The notes: generated from the sequence alone by a model not told the origin. Positions 48,667 through 62,887 are shown, counted from the first letter of the whole stretch. The stretch is DNA of 63,479 nucleotides, filler included, from Sphacelaria rigidula (GCA_964200075.2; 10 parts of 10 records of this genome joined end to end with filler, not necessarily neighbours in it), one strand, 5' to 3'. A program made the numbers and translations.

Positions 48667-51600
48667 GGCACTACTGTACAGAGGGATAACACGACACACG
48701 ATACCCCTGCTACTGATAGTTGAGCGGCACCATGCCTGCGCAAGAGGGTAGACCAACTTCCGCAGCGTCGCCACCACAGGCTGCTTTAGCTGCTCATTTG
48801 TCCTACCGGCTTGGCCCAACCTGCGCCTGTGGTGGCAGCGGCGCAACCTGCGATTGCCGTAGCACACTATTATAACGTTGATTTGCGTTGTCATCGAGTC
48901 CTCAGTGTTTGCAGAGAGCTGGTCAGCGAGTCAATGGAGTGCGAGCGAGGTACATGGTGGAACCTCACGCGAAGCTGTAGTTCTGCTTCATATCTAATAA
49001 CCCATTATATGTTGCCTTCTATCTAATATTCGCTAGTCAGCTTCGTTGTGCTCGCAGCTGTGCGTGTGATGTACTGTATGCCAGAACAGCAGTGTGTGTT
49101 CTTGGATTCTTTTATTGTCTCCAGGTTACGTTCAGTACCAGTTGGTACGTCGATAGAGAAGAGAGGGGCTAACGTAACGCAATACGAAAGACGGGTCGAC
49201 CAGGTGATGCCGTAACTTCCCTCCGTCACACGCTAAATTATGTTGTTCTTGCTGCTGCGCAAATATTTTCTGCTGCCCACACATGTCCAAACCGCTGTTC
49301 CGCTGGTGCGCTCACACAACACGCTTGCTTAGGACACATCTTAAGGTGCTGAAAAAACAGTCAAGAGTAAAGCAAACGTCGAAAAGCAGCATGTTGATTG
49401 TGTTTGGTCATCCCGCCGCGTGATGTCACTTCGACGCATCACCATGCTGCTTCTAGACGCTCGCTTTGTTCTTGGCTATTTTCTTTCATCCCGTTGAGAC
49501 ACGGCCTTATGGGCGTTGGACATTGAGCCGTGCCGCTACAGTATATACTAGAACATGCATAAAATGCGAACAGGAAAGTAAGACAGGGGTAAGGCAATGC
49601 CCGAGGCACATCTACGGCATATATGCACGTATAAGGCAAAAGCCTTGAAGCGGTGTTACCCGAATTATTTTTTTGTCGGACGAATCATCGCCGGTTCGAA
49701 TCACCGAATCCACGATTTTGTAGGCCTGATTGCTCGAAACAGAGAAATAGTTGACCGCTGGTCAGACAGGTTTCCACGCAATTTTGGCGCCATTCCACGT
49801 GTCTGGGGTCCGCGTACCTGGGTTGCAACGCTGAAAACAAAGCCTAAGGGTTGATTCGGACCGTACGAATCAATGACACTAAAATCAAGTCATTTCCAGA
49901 CGAATCATTCATTCGTCTTACCGTTGAATCTGGATTTTTTAGCCGGCGACAGTCCTTGCTGCGCATGCCTAACTACGCCTGCGGCTCACTACGCCTGCGG
50001 CTATCCTTGTTTGTCAGCGCTTAGTTATGCGCATATCGTTCGACACGGTTTTTTGCTGTGTCGTTGACGGTTTCCATTTTTCGACAAGAGGTGGCACATC
50101 TCTCAGTTCCCTCCCCTCCCTCACCCTTTTTCGGCCTTGAAGGACCATTGACACATTTGCCGAAAACCATCGTACGAGACATATGAAGACCTGCCTCTGC
50201 AAGCAGCTGTATAAGTTACAGGAGTGATCCAACGTGAACCGACCAATCGGTTGGGTGAACTGGTATTTCCGCACACCCTTCCCTACAGGATGCGGCGCGG
50301 TCTGGGCACCGAGTTCATGGGTACGGGTCGTTATATAATAATTAAACTAAAATCATCGATTTTTTCGTTGTTTTCCATGATTCTCGAACGGATTTAACCC
50401 TGGATTTCTGTGTTGATGGACACACGTGCGCTACTCAAGCCCCATGTGCCGCAGAGAGGGCAATAAGATTGATTTGTTTGGGTGTTTTTTCTGTCCAGGC
50501 CCGGTCTGGGCTTCATTTCCCTCCGCTAGCTGGCTACAGCCCAGAACAGTTCAGTACATCGATGATATTTTCACAGGCACCATGTCATCATGAAACGAGC
50601 TCATACGGTATACCTTCGAAGGAGGGCGGTGCTCTGGCACACGGGATCACACATGCAAGAGGAATGCATGTTTGCGTTAGCTGTCTGATGTCCCGTGTGT
50701 AAGAGTATTTGGTCGTCTTCGCCATTGCATCTCCAAACAATTTCTGTCGCGGTACCAACCGTATCNNNNNNNNNNNNNNNNNNNNNNNNNNNNNNNNNNN
50801 NNNNNNNNNTTAATTAATTAANNNNNNNNNNNNNNNNNNNNNNNNNNNNNNNNNNNNNNNNNNNNGCCTTAGTCATTTGACCATTGACCACGCATCCCTT
50901 TCGAGACGGTGCGAGGCGAGGGGGGAGGGGGGTCCAATATCAAGGAGTTGGGAATCCAGATATGATGACACTTGTGAAAATCACGTTGATTCACAAGTTG
51001 AAAGGACGTCCCTGGGACTTGGCAGGAGAATGTCCAGCACAAATGTCTGTTTTTCGGGATAATACCTTGGTGCGAATCGACGGCAGTGTCATTTTTGTGG
51101 CCAAACTTGCACTCCCTCCGACAAAAGTTCGAAGTCCAGCAAAACTTGGAATTCCTCGAGAATTCCTCGGGTACGTTTCCGCGCAGACGGCATTTTTTTG
51201 GAAAATAAAGCGGAAAACCTCGAATCCACCGAAAAGTCAATCTGCAATCTGCGCGAAGCGAAAAGCACGAAACTTCGAGAAAATCTCAGGGTGGTGGGCC
51301 ACACAGTCCAAGATGGCTGAGTCCTTTTGGAATTCACAATAGAAAATTGATCATTTGCAATTGACGATTTTTGAGCAAGATATGGTTGATGGTTCATAGC
51401 TTAGACGCAAAAATTTTGGCCAAACGCGTATTTTTCAGACCCGTACGAGTAACAAGTGGAACAAGAGAAGGTTTCCTATTTTCTTGCTGCGATACGTCGG
51501 CTTTTTTTCCTATACTCATGAGGTCCTTGCTCGGCCACAGTGCGCGGCAGGCCTCTGTGAAGCATGCTTCCGGCCTGACCTGCACGCCCTGCCCGCTGCA

Positions 51601-52982
51601 GTTTATACTCTTTGCAGTGTCAAAGCAATAAGGGCAACGCCGATGGCACATTCGCTAAATGTATGAACTGGTGGTATGCAATCCCAGGCAGTCACCTTTC
51701 CGTGCCGCCGGGGGTGCTGCGACACTGCCCTGTACAGTACTGGGTGTGCTTACCGCAGTTTGAGGTTATCTCAACTGCAGACTCACGTCATGCACAACAT
51801 CGCGCTCATGCATGTTCCGATAGCACCATCCTGCCCTTTGAAAAATGGGTAAAGGCGACGTGGACGCCATGTGCCCTGCAGTTATGCACCGTCACTGTGG
51901 TGTAGAGTCTGCCAAGTGCCGTCGCCCCAGGGGTGATACCTTACTGCTTTGTGTCATGGCTGCTTTGTAGTTTGAAAATATATCTGTAAAACGCGGGGCA
52001 TGCACAGAACTGCGCTCTGCCAAGTACGTGCCGACATCATACTTCGGGCTGACTATTTCACAACGGCGTAGCGAAAGGCACAGTTGCCATATCACATCTA
52101 TACCGCGGGTTGATCGTTCCCGATCGTTGCATAGACATACTGCATGCTGCATGAGATTCATGACGCCGGCTACCGCTATCGTCTCGTGCCGTCTACTCTC
52201 GTGGCCGACTTTTCACGACATGCCCATATTCATCTTGCACGGAGTGTAGCCGCAAGTCAATACCGTAACCTACTGTATTTACTGACTGTAGTGTTTTTCA
52301 TCTAGCCTGATAACGGTAGGCGGTGTCCGTCGGCTCCCTCCCGTGTACATGTATTTCACCTGTTCGGACGCCTGCGATTACACCCGCCATGTACCGCCCG
52401 CACAACCCACTGTGCCTTCCACATGTGGTGACGGGATTTCGCTGGGTTCAGCCATAGTACTGTGCTGTATGTACGGTGTGGCTCGGCAAACTCGCCACCC
52501 GATGCTGCAGCCCGTCAAAGCGGTGCTTCCCTTATGTATAAATGCTTATCTATAAATGTGCCAGGTTGGACCCTGGAGCCCATTGCTATTTTTTTAATGG
52601 AATGTTTCATAGTGGTTTTGCTGATTATTGTCGATGGATATAATTGGACACACTTTATCCGTTGCGTGGTATGATTGGACAAACCTAACCCAAATTCTTC
52701 AGGGAGGACATTCTTCTCCGGGCTTCCATTATAAAAACGGTTGCCGTCGGCCTATTCTGTTTCCATGTTTTCCTCATCGTCAGGGCTTCTCATAATAAGG
52801 CGTTTGGCCAGGGGACAGGAGGGGAGGGTTCCAAAAGGTTTAATACGCCAAGCCTTTTCTCGGCCGATAAAGGCCGCTGGAGGGACAATAGATTACTTTA
52901 CCGAGAAATGTCTTACTCAAACAATGAGAGGGCTCGACGTTCCTGATATATTCCACTGTCTGTACATCACTGCGAAATATAC

Positions 52983-53080
52983 CGGGAATCTCGAGACACT
53001 CGTACCCCTATACTACGAAGTCCGGACGGAACGGGAATCTCGAGACACTCGTACCCCTATACTACGAAGTCCGGACGGAA
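52983..53080 (+). repeat. Perfect 49-bp tandem duplication
   Basis: CGGGAATCTCGAGACACTCGTACCCCTATACTACGAAGTCCGGACGGAA x2. Confidence 0.95.
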
Positions 53081-54332
53081 GTAGAACAACTCTGAAAGTA
53101 CCCAAGATTGGGGAGTGCGTTGGAACGGCGATCGAAAAATACCGCAAGTCTATACGAGGTGGCACAATCCGCCCAGCCCCTGTTCAGCTACGGTGGCGCT
53201 GAATCGAAAAAAATACATCTTCGGAGGTATTTCAGAACAACAACTAGAGACAAGAGGAGTGCCGCGCAAATAATGGGGGATAGCCGGGTGTATTGCTTCC
53301 TCCGGTTGAACTCTTCGACCGCCGGGACAGGTTACCTGGGCTCAACACTAATTTTCCAGGTGGAATTGATGCCGATTCAACTCATCGTCTACCCTACTGT
53401 AGAGGTGGACCACAGTCAGTAGGTGGTCCGTCCTACCAGAACGGTGCCACATCGGAGTGTAGTATTGCAGACAGTCAGCGTTGACCGTTCCATCGCTAGA
53501 TTAGGCGATGTTAAGTCGGTATTACTGCAGTCATGGCTTGAGTGTAAATGTTGTCGATATTATCTGTTGAGCAGCTGAAGGGTTGATAATGGCACTGACA
53601 CTTGTTCCTACACCTGCACGATATCTCGAAGTAGAGGTCCCTGGTACAGCAGCATATTTATTCAACACTGCTACGAGTAGACAACACCGGGAACCTCGAA
53701 GTGGATATATAGATACTGTACATACCTCTTACAAATATAAATATAGGCATACAACGGACTGACTGTAGAACTGTACTATAAATACAACACTACTGTACCG
53801 AACTGTCCTTATATAAACTGCACCCAGTTCAAGTGTTAAAATACTGAAAATCATTTGACAGGTAAAGGGGAAAATCAATGTCAACGCCTTCACTGCCTGG
53901 GTAGACCATCTGTTGGATCGGCATAGTTTAAACTTGAAAATAGGGTATCACCCATGTTTAGGATCCCTCACATACCAATTTACTGGTCGCGCCCTTCTCA
54001 ACTCCTGTGCCCCGGTGCCTACAACAAATTGTGGTACTGGAGGTCGCCACATGAGGAAACGGAGGATAAAATTCCAGCCGCAAAACAATAAAAGTTGCCA
54101 AGGCAAAGCAAACACAAGTGCGGCTGCTTGTGTATCGGCAAGTCGAGTCAAACACCTAGCTAGCTGAGGGCCCCGCAGGCGCTCTCGACTCTCCTTGCGT
54201 CGCTTCACCACAAGAAAAAGCTATCGCCAGGCTTGATCGATTGAATCATGAGGAAAAGGTGGCAAGATATCGGCACAGATTCCTCAAAATCCGCAACGAA
54301 CGCCTGTACTTATGCTGGCCGCCTGTACTTAC

Positions 54333-55039
54333 GCCGACTGCCTCTGCGGATAATGCTGTGCAACCTCTACCACACTGCCGTTGATCGCTCTCGCAGTGTG
54401 CTCGAACTGCACTTCTTCCCGCATGCTGTGCTCCAAACTCTATTGGGCATATCAAGCTCGATAGTCTGGGCGGACATTTCCTCTACACAGTCAGTACACG
54501 GTTTACACAGTTCACGAACAAATGTTGCCCATGCCCTCACCTCCATGGCATACATGCCACTCGCGCCACTTCCTTCGTCCCTCTCCGCCCAAGCCTTGTA
54601 CCCCACCGAAGATGCAACCACTAGCGCAACAAGGATGAGCACCGCAAGAACAAGACCGACCTTGCGGAGTTTTAACCTGCTCCCCAGAGCTCGGGATACG
54701 GAGTATCGCTCCGATTCACCACTGTCCTCAGACTGTGGCGCGTCTTTAAAGGTCGACACGCCGTGGGCGGTAGCTCCATAGGCACGTAAATATGGTGGCA
54801 CGGCAAGCACCCGAGCCAGCTTGTTCTCCACGTCGCTTTTGCTCATATTCGGGCAAACCCCAACAGGTCCTCCCCCTAGACACGCACTCAGCTGCCCGAC
54901 TGACGATCCTTGGTCCGAATCGAATATGCTCTGGTGCACGGCGTTGACTGTCTGTCGGACCCTCCCGAGTTTCCTTCAGTATTTCCTCTGTCCTTCGATG
55001 TTCCTGGCCCTGCTGGTTGAATCCTCACTGCTTGCTATC
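54333..55039 (-). pseudogene. Exon-like segment of a single-pass membrane protein with two in-frame stops
   Basis: CACAG acceptor and GTAAGT donor; KVGLVLAVLILVALVVASSVGY hydrophobic helix; TGA at 54976-54978 and TAG at 54367-54369 in frame. Confidence 0.45.
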
Positions 55040-56059
55040 CTGTGAACAAGCCTTCACTGTCAACACCACCACAACGGCGCAACACTCGTAGTGGCAATAC
55101 CCGGACGAACAGTACAGCACACCACAGCACCACACTCAAGAGCAAAGAAACACCCCACTAAAAGGGAACGACGGCTCCACACTCCGGATCCAGCCGGATC
55201 CTGCTCACGGCATGCAGGGCTAGAACACAGTGCACAGCAACGCTGATGCCTTGACCTCCTCGATCTTGCTACGTCACTCAGATCAAGGTATTAGCCTCTT
55301 GCTCGCGAAGCCTCCGTGTCCGAAGCCAAGCTTCGCAATAGGCGTGCACTGTTTCCTCCACTTCCGCGAACTACTCTGCGCAGCAAGGTTAGGTGGTGTA
55401 GGAGGGTTGTGCCCTGTCAGTTTACAGCCTGGGCAGCCCCTCCCCACTGGAATTAATTGTCTCGGTTTGCAAATCAGTGCCGTGTGGGTATGGGCACGCT
55501 GTGGCACGCACAAACCCGGGCGGGGCTCGGTATTTCAAACTCAATTCTTCCGCAGTCCTTGCAGCTTCCTTGAATGTTTTTTATATGCGGGCCAAGCGCG
55601 GGCAGTCGCAAATATACGGGACGGGCATTCCGGTATATATTTGTTTTTTGTTTTTTTCTAAAATACGTGACCATATTAAAACTTATTACAACCACTATGT
55701 GTTTTCCGTCTGTGCGCTGATTGGCTGCTGGGCTCTCGAACAGGCGGTGGGACCGATACACATCCGGATATACCTATCTTCGCAATGTCGCGAAAGTTCC
55801 CCCCAGGAAAGTGCGGCTGGTTTGAGGGAAGGCAAAATCCACATGCGCATCGAATTGACCAAAGAGTCATGCTACGATACGGGGAGGAGAGGGAGGGCAG
55901 GGGGGTATTTTGGGTCATTCCTTCCACGACATTCCACTTCAAGTTGTCGTCGAAAGCAACGGTTGTTCGAGCGCGCTTACTACTGAACATCTTTTGACCG
56001 AGTGTGTGCGGTCGTCTGACATACCCATGAGTCCTTTTTCTCGTGAAATCAGCTCTTCC

Positions 56060-56580
56060 TATCACCTGGCCCGGCGAAAGCCCGGCGTGCTCCATCCTGG
56101 CTTTGTAGGGCCGGATCCCCTACTATGGGCTTGGCGTCGGTTGGCGAGGACGCTGTGAAACACGCCACTCACTGCAAGCTGAAATAGGCATACCCAGGTT
56201 ATCGATTTTTTTGCGCGCTTGCGTTTTTTTGTAGTTACCATGATGATGATTGTCGAGCTATACTGTAATACATCATAATACTGTACTCTGCCGGGTGGGA
56301 GAACGTCAACCTGCGCGAAAGGGATGATCGTACTACGTACTGTTTAAATAAATGGTGAGACACCCATGAGGCAGTGTATTACTATATAGCCGTGGCTGTC
56401 TCTAGAAGTGGCGATACCAGGAAATGGAGCAATTCATCGACTCGTCGGACACATCCCGGCGCTTTGTGCTTGATGATTGCAAGCCTGGTCCGCCGAAAAC
56501 CCGGCGTGCGCCGTCCCGGCTTCATAGGGATGCGAGTGAGTACGGCATGCAACATCATGAGTACACCCTCTCCTCGTCGG
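56060..56580 (+). repeat. Family B repeat copy
   Basis: Colinear with 57325-57660 and 57910-58417. Confidence 0.75.
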
Positions 56581-57324
56581 GGCGAGTCCGCAGTCTCAAG
56601 GAAGCGACCCATCTTTCCCATTGGGTGAGGACACCCGCCGCCCGTCGACTGCCATGCGTCCAGTCATTGTCAGCGCTTGTCAGGGGCAAAATAATATTCC
56701 CTCCGTTCCGTGAAAATAACCTGGATAGGGATTTTCAATGTAAGCGTGGTTTATCGTTCAAGGTATCAAGACGAGAGTGTTTTTGCACCATTTTTTCCCC
56801 ATCATTCTCCCATCGGTAGTACGATTGTGGAAATCACTCAAAACAGGGGATGACTGTTAGTTTTCATCCCCTCCCCTGGAAAAAAAAATGCGGGCGGGTT
56901 TTCGAAGATCTGACCGGTGAGATAATCTGGGGTGTCGTTTTTTCTCTCGCGCGGAACGACCAAAACCTTGTTTTCCGATATTTTTTTTCGGTGGAATCTT
57001 GGGTATATGGAGCGTGTTGTAGACGGATACTTCGAGAAGAAAAAAAGAATATTCAACAACAAATTGTGCGAATTGAGGTTTAACTTCGAGATGAGGCTCA
57101 AGCCCAAAACAGTGCTTTCCCCNNNNNNNNNNNNNNNNNNNNNNNNNNNNNNNNNNNNNNNNNNNNTTAATTAATTAANNNNNNNNNNNNNNNNNNNNNN
57201 NNNNNNNNNNNNNNNNNNNNNNTTTTTCTCGACACTAGTTTTTCTCGATCTCGTTTCATTTTTTCTTTCGACTTTACTTTTTTCCCGGCCTCGTCCCCCC
57301 CCCCCCTCCCCCCACATCCTGCGA

Positions 57325-58416
57325 AAACCCGGCGTGCTCCGTCCCGGCTTTGCAAGGGCGGATCCCCTATGGGGTTGGCGTCGGTATGCGATGACGCTGT
57401 AAAACACTCTACTCACTGCGTAAGCTAGGCAATCAGGTCACCGATTTTTTTGCGCGCTTGCGTTTTTGGGGGGGTAACCATGATGATCGTCGAGCTAGAT
57501 CATATTGTGCGGGATGGGAGAACCTCAACTCGGCGCAAAGGGGATGATCATACTAAGTAGTGTTTTAATGGTGAGACACCCATGAGGCAGCGTATAAGCC
57601 GCGGCGGTCTCTGGAAGTGGCAACACCAAAAAATGAACCAACTCATTGTAGACTGCCACCCAAATGCGAGTGATGCTGCGGTAGGAGTGCACAAATATTT
57701 TCTGAGGTTGGGACTGTTAGGAGCCCTCTACCTCATCCAAAACAGACTTACGAAATAAGTGAGAGTACGCCAGGATTACTATTTCAATGTGCTAGGGTTG
57801 TCCTGAATGCCCTGGTCCATATTCTTGTGCATCTGGAGTCGTTGGGGGAGCCCCTGAACTAGACAAGATTTCGCGAACAAAATTCACCTCTACCGTAGCA
57901 TTACTATGTTGTGGGGTTGGCGTCCGTATGCGATGACGCTGTAAAACACGTCATTAACTGCGTAAGCTAGGCAACCAGGTCACCGATTTGTTTTTGCGCT
58001 TGCGGTTTTTCGGAGTAACCATGATGATTGTCGAGCTCGATCATATTGTGCGGGGTGGGAAAACCCTAATTCGTCACAATGGTGATGATCATAATAAGTA
58101 GTGTTTGAATGGTGAGATACCCATCCATGAGGCAGCGTATAAGCCGCGGTGGTCTCTGGAAGTGGCAACATCAGAAAATAAAGCAATTCATTGTAGACTG
58201 TCACCCATATGCAAGACAATCAGTATGCTTCGGGCAGAGCAATCTTAGCGAGATGCAGCTCACCGTTCGTGCGACTCGCCGAGAACACCACCACCACGCT
58301 TCGCGCTTGGTGATTGAGCGCGAACCTGGTCCGGCGAGAACCCGGCGTGCTCCGTCGCTGCTTTATAGGAATGCGAGGTCAATGGTCAGATGACTACGGC
58401 ACGCAAGATCATGAGT

Positions 58417-58456
<40 letters not shown>
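57325..58456 (+). repeat. Two family B copies separated by a family C MITE (~57675-57900), ending in poly-C
   Basis: GGGGTTGGCGTC...TGCGATGACGCTGTAAAACAC restarts at ~57912. Confidence 0.75.
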
Positions 58457-58458
<2 letters not shown>

Positions 58459-58830
58459 CCCGCGTCCCCCTTNNNNNNNNNNTCCCTTCCTGCTGTATTA
58501 GACGCGGCACGACCTGGTCAGAACACTCCCCGCCCCCAGATCCCTAGTACCCCCCCCCCCCCCCCGCGCGCTCCCCTGCCCACCCAGGTCGATTTCTACC
58601 TTTTACGGTGCTCGGGGTTGTGCAAAAGCATATCCCCTATGGCGCCTTGAGCGGGCCACCTATTGTTCGGGCTTCTGTGCTGTCCACCTTCTGCCTTTTA
58701 AGGTACTCTCTAGGAGGAGAGAGGACGCGCTCCACACGGTAGGGTATAAGGCCCCTAACACGAAATAATAATCTCATCATGGTGAAATTTGCGAGAAATG
58801 GTACCCCGCGAAGTACCTACCTTGGACTGA

Positions 58831-59073
58831 TGCTACGGTGGGGATACACAAATATTTTCTGAGGTTAGAATTGTTAGGAGCCCTTTCTCTCATCCCAAAC
58901 ACGACTTATGAAAAAATGCGTGTACGCCAGGATCACTGTTCCAATGTGCTGGGGATATTCCGAATAAATCTGCAAACGGGAATGCCCTTACCCATATTAT
59001 TGTGCGTCTAGGATCGTTAGGAGCCCCTGAAACAGACAAACTTTCGCGAAAAAAGTGCACCCCTACCGTAGCA
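58831..59073. mobile_element. MITE family C copy (further copies at ~59788-60033 reversed and ~60344-60595)
   Basis: TGCTACGGTGGGGATACAC ... GTGCACCCCTACCGTAGCA TIRs; interior shared among copies. Confidence 0.75.
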
Positions 59074-61244
59074 TTGCTGTTTGAGTAGCCCCGCAACCTC
59101 CCGGTACGGCGTTATCGTTCGTAAAATAAGGTGTCTTAATCTCAAACTGTGGCACGCGTCCACTTTCCTAAAAGGTAACTCCAAAGGCAGAAGGTGCACA
59201 GTACAAAAACTCCAACGAAAGGTGGCCCATTCAAATCATCGTAAGGGATACCATTTCGCACAACGCCGAGCACACTGTAAAATGTAGAGAGTAACGGGGG
59301 ATCGGAGGACCGGAGGGGGGAAGGGGGGGGGGATGAGGCCAGGGAAACGTTGAAGTCGAGAGAGAGAAAGAGAAAAGAGAATGACGAGACCGGTGAGAGG
59401 CAGGGACGGGGTACATTTCGCCTAATTTCGAGCCCCCCTCCAAAAAAAACAAGAAGAAAGCTCGTGTCCAGAAAAAGTTCCATTCTCATTTCTTAGGATC
59501 CCTCAAGGATCCCTAGTTATAATCCGTTCCAAGATCAAACTCTGTGCACCGGAAAACGCGCAAGGTGCTGCAGAAGTCCCTCGGAAAGTAGTAGACCAAA
59601 TCATTCCCAGGTGGCGGGATCCGTCCAGCCATTTTATCGGGCGTAAAGCAACGTCGTGGAAGGATCAAGGAGACACTTTCTCTCGAGAGATCATGTATGT
59701 ATGTCTCATTTCGGACCACAAGACGAGACGGCCTCAGGATTTTTTGCTGCAGTTTTGACTCGTCGTGCTGCTGTGGTCACGGAGCAATGCTACGGTAGAG
59801 GTGCACTTCTTGCGCAAAATATTGTCTAGTTCAGGGGCTCCTGAGGATTCTAAATGTACAAGAACATATTAGGTCAGGACATCCCCGTTTGCAACGTCAT
59901 TTGAGATATCCCTAGCACATTGGAATGGTAACCCTAACGTACTCTCACTTATTCCGTAAGTCTTGTTTTGGATGAGATAAAGGGCTCCCAACAATTAGAA
60001 CTTTAGAAATATTTATGCACCCCCACCGTGGCATTACTCCACGGCGGTCGCTGACAGCTCGCTCATCTGACACCCGCCGGAAACAGCGGGTCCCACGGGT
60101 GTACTCGCTGTGAGGCTGAGGACGGTCTCACGATGCGTTGCTCCAGCTAATATTACATCCACGACGTCCGCGTAGTGTCCGCTCGCTCGTAAAGAATCCT
60201 ATGTTTTCTGATTGAGGTTGTAGAGCGGAGAGTGCGGTGTGCTTCTTGACTCTGTGGGCTCAGAGTGCATACAGCGATTCCTCTCATCTTGTGCGAGTAT
60301 CCGAGTCTCATGTACCACTGGGCCACGAAGAACCACAAAGTCGTGCTACGGTAGGGGTTGCACGTTTTGACCCAGATCTTTCTCGTTCACGAGCTCCTCC
60401 AGTTAAGAGCTACACAGACAATATGGGTCAGGACACTACAATTTATAAAATTCATTCGGGATATCCCCTGGCCCTTTGCAATGCCAATTGTGGCGTGCTC
60501 TAATATATTTCATATATATATGTCGTTTTGGGGATGAGAAAAAGGGTTCCTAACGATTCAAAACCCAGAAAATATGTGTGCCCCCCTACCATGGCACCAC
60601 TCCAAAGTGGGTCCCCCATGGAAGAACCAATGAAGAACTCGCTGGGGTTACAGCACGTATATCGTAGCCGGGGAATATACTTTGTCATCAGAATTTTATT
60701 TCGCAAACCCTTTGCGTTTGTTTCTTGTGTGTTTTTGATGTCGCAGTGTACATATGTACTGCATGATGAAGTCCGTCAGGGGAAAACAAAAAAATAAAAA
60801 GCAAAATACATGTCATCATGTGCTCTCATCATTATAATAGCTGACTGACTTCACGTTATAACGGTTGAGGTGGCGAATGACGATAGGACACAAGAATGGT
60901 AACGCACTATATAGGAGATCCCCCGTTTTTCTTTAATTTTCTTCATCGCTGGTGGCCTAATCGGTGGAATCCCGACACAATCAATACACAAACATAAAGG
61001 GGACTTGAAAAAAAAAAAACACTCTGTGACCACAAAGCAGCGCGCACCGTCCCCACATACTGAGGGCATGACAGAATTATGCACCTACAAAAATGGGTGT
61101 CACCCAGATCCCGTAAAAAATATCGCCGTACAACAGGGAAAATATGGAGTTACGCGCACTAAGAGATGGGCATAGGTCAGCATGCGCACCCCACATAGCC
61201 CGTTCCGGAATGGTATACAAACAGCTGCAAATATTCCAAAACAC

Positions 61245-61475
61245 ACACAAAATTCGACTTGCCCGTCGACGAGGGAAAAGGACTGGTGGACCCCTCTCGC
61301 GACAAAAAATGAAGCCAACCACCGCAGAAGGAAGGTGGAGTACTAGAACAAATGAAAAGAGGAAAACTCCTGCGTTGGCCTTCCTCCTGTGTGACCCCCG
61401 GCTGAAACGCCTACATACACCGAGAGGTGTAGACCGGCATCCAGAATAGGTTGGACGACAAAAAAAACACACATA
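61245..61475 (+). mobile_element. SINE body copy lacking the tRNA head
   Basis: Reverse complement of 47490-47715 (CAAAATTCGACT...ACCGCAGAAGGAAGGTGG...CCAGAATAG). Confidence 0.75.
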
Positions 61476-62611
61476 TCTGCTCCTACCCGACGATCAAACA
61501 CCAAACCTCAAGCAAGAGCAGGCATCGACGCAGGTGCTATCGTCGTCTACGAAAGTTGTACATAACTACCACATATCCCCTTCCTCTCACCCACCCATCC
61601 CCCCTATAGGCCGCTAGTTTTGCACTTGCTGAATTTTCAAATCTGTGACAGGAAATAAAAAATCGTTATTTTCTTCGTACGTTCGTTAGTTCGGCGTGAT
61701 TTTTTAGGCAAAATTTGGATGCAAACTGGGGAGGGGGGGGGGCGGGGGGGGGTATTGGGACGTTCCCCACAAATAACTTGTAACATTGTTCACTGTCCAA
61801 AATTTCCTTCCATGAGAGAAGGGAGTGACTACTGACTGGGAGAGGAAATGTGTAAGCAAAGATTTTTTTTATTCTTCATTCGATTTTATTAATTTGATTG
61901 CCTCGCTTTAACTGACCCCCCCCAGGGATCCAGCCATGGTCACATGATAGACGCACCCGAGACACAACAAAACTGAAAAAGAAGAAATGGAAGAAAAAAA
62001 AAAAGGGAGAAAAGAACGACAACAATAGTAGACTAAAACGTACAAGAAACGTTTTAAAATTCTTCGCGAAAAAACAGTTTGAGTGAGTTGATTTACACAC
62101 GGAGAAAAATAATCTTGGACAGAAAAGAAATATATATATACAAAAAAGTAAAAGTCAAAGAGTGCGCTCGGCGTGCGCATAATTTCTGAAACTGCAAAGC
62201 AAAAGCTGAACTATAACTAAACTTAACAGAACGACGCTTGTGCTAAATAGTGCAAGGGTCGGGTCGTGTTGACTCTTCTCTTTGACCACTACGGTGGTTC
62301 ATCTGGGCCTCGCCAATCTATTTTTAAAGTGGAAAATGACGCCGGTGCAAAAGATGGATGAATCATCCGTGGTGGTCAAAGAACTGATCGAATAAGTAGG
62401 TCAAAGGGCCATTCGTTTAGAACCTAAGCAAACGCAGCGGTCAGTTACCAACGACTAATGCCATGATACCCCCCCCCGCCCCCCCCCGGGAAAAGTGACC
62501 GATCTGAGGAGGCAAAAACTCCATGTAAATCAAGATTACGAGAGCCGAGCACACCGAGCAGCTCGGAACCCGCACGCTTGAAATCATCTTCGTCAATATT
62601 TGATCCGAATG

Positions 62612-62887
62612 CTATCCTTGATCCGCGACGGATAGAGCGTCCGCCCACGCCGCCTTGGCCTTCTCAAAAGTAGCCATAGCAATAGCAGTGCTGGGCGCGT
62701 GAAAGGCCATTCTCGCCCCGGATCCTTTGAACAGACCCGCCACCCCGCCCGTCCGATAAATCCTGCTCAACACGTCCCACATGCCCCTGTAGGGCACCAC
62801 CACGGTGCGCCCTGCACTACTGCTCCCATTCCTACCAGCAGAATCCGACGCATGTTGTGCTCCATCTGACAACGATCCGCGCTGCAC
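62612..62887 (-). CDS. Mitochondrial carrier family (SLC25) protein, terminal exon
   Basis: TTTCAG acceptor; VQ...YRGMWDVLSRIYRTGGVAGLFKGSGARMAFHAPSTAIAMATFE is the second half of carrier repeat 3; ends in a stop. Confidence 0.9.
   Translation of the reverse strand: MQRGSLSDGAQHASDSAGRNGSSSAGRTVVVPYRGMWDVLSRIYRTGGVAGLFKGSGARMAFHAPSTAIAMATFEKAKAAWADALSVADQG

Noticed and set aside
52983..53080. CRISPR-like direct repeats
   Set aside because: Two adjacent units with no spacer, eukaryotic context, no cas genes
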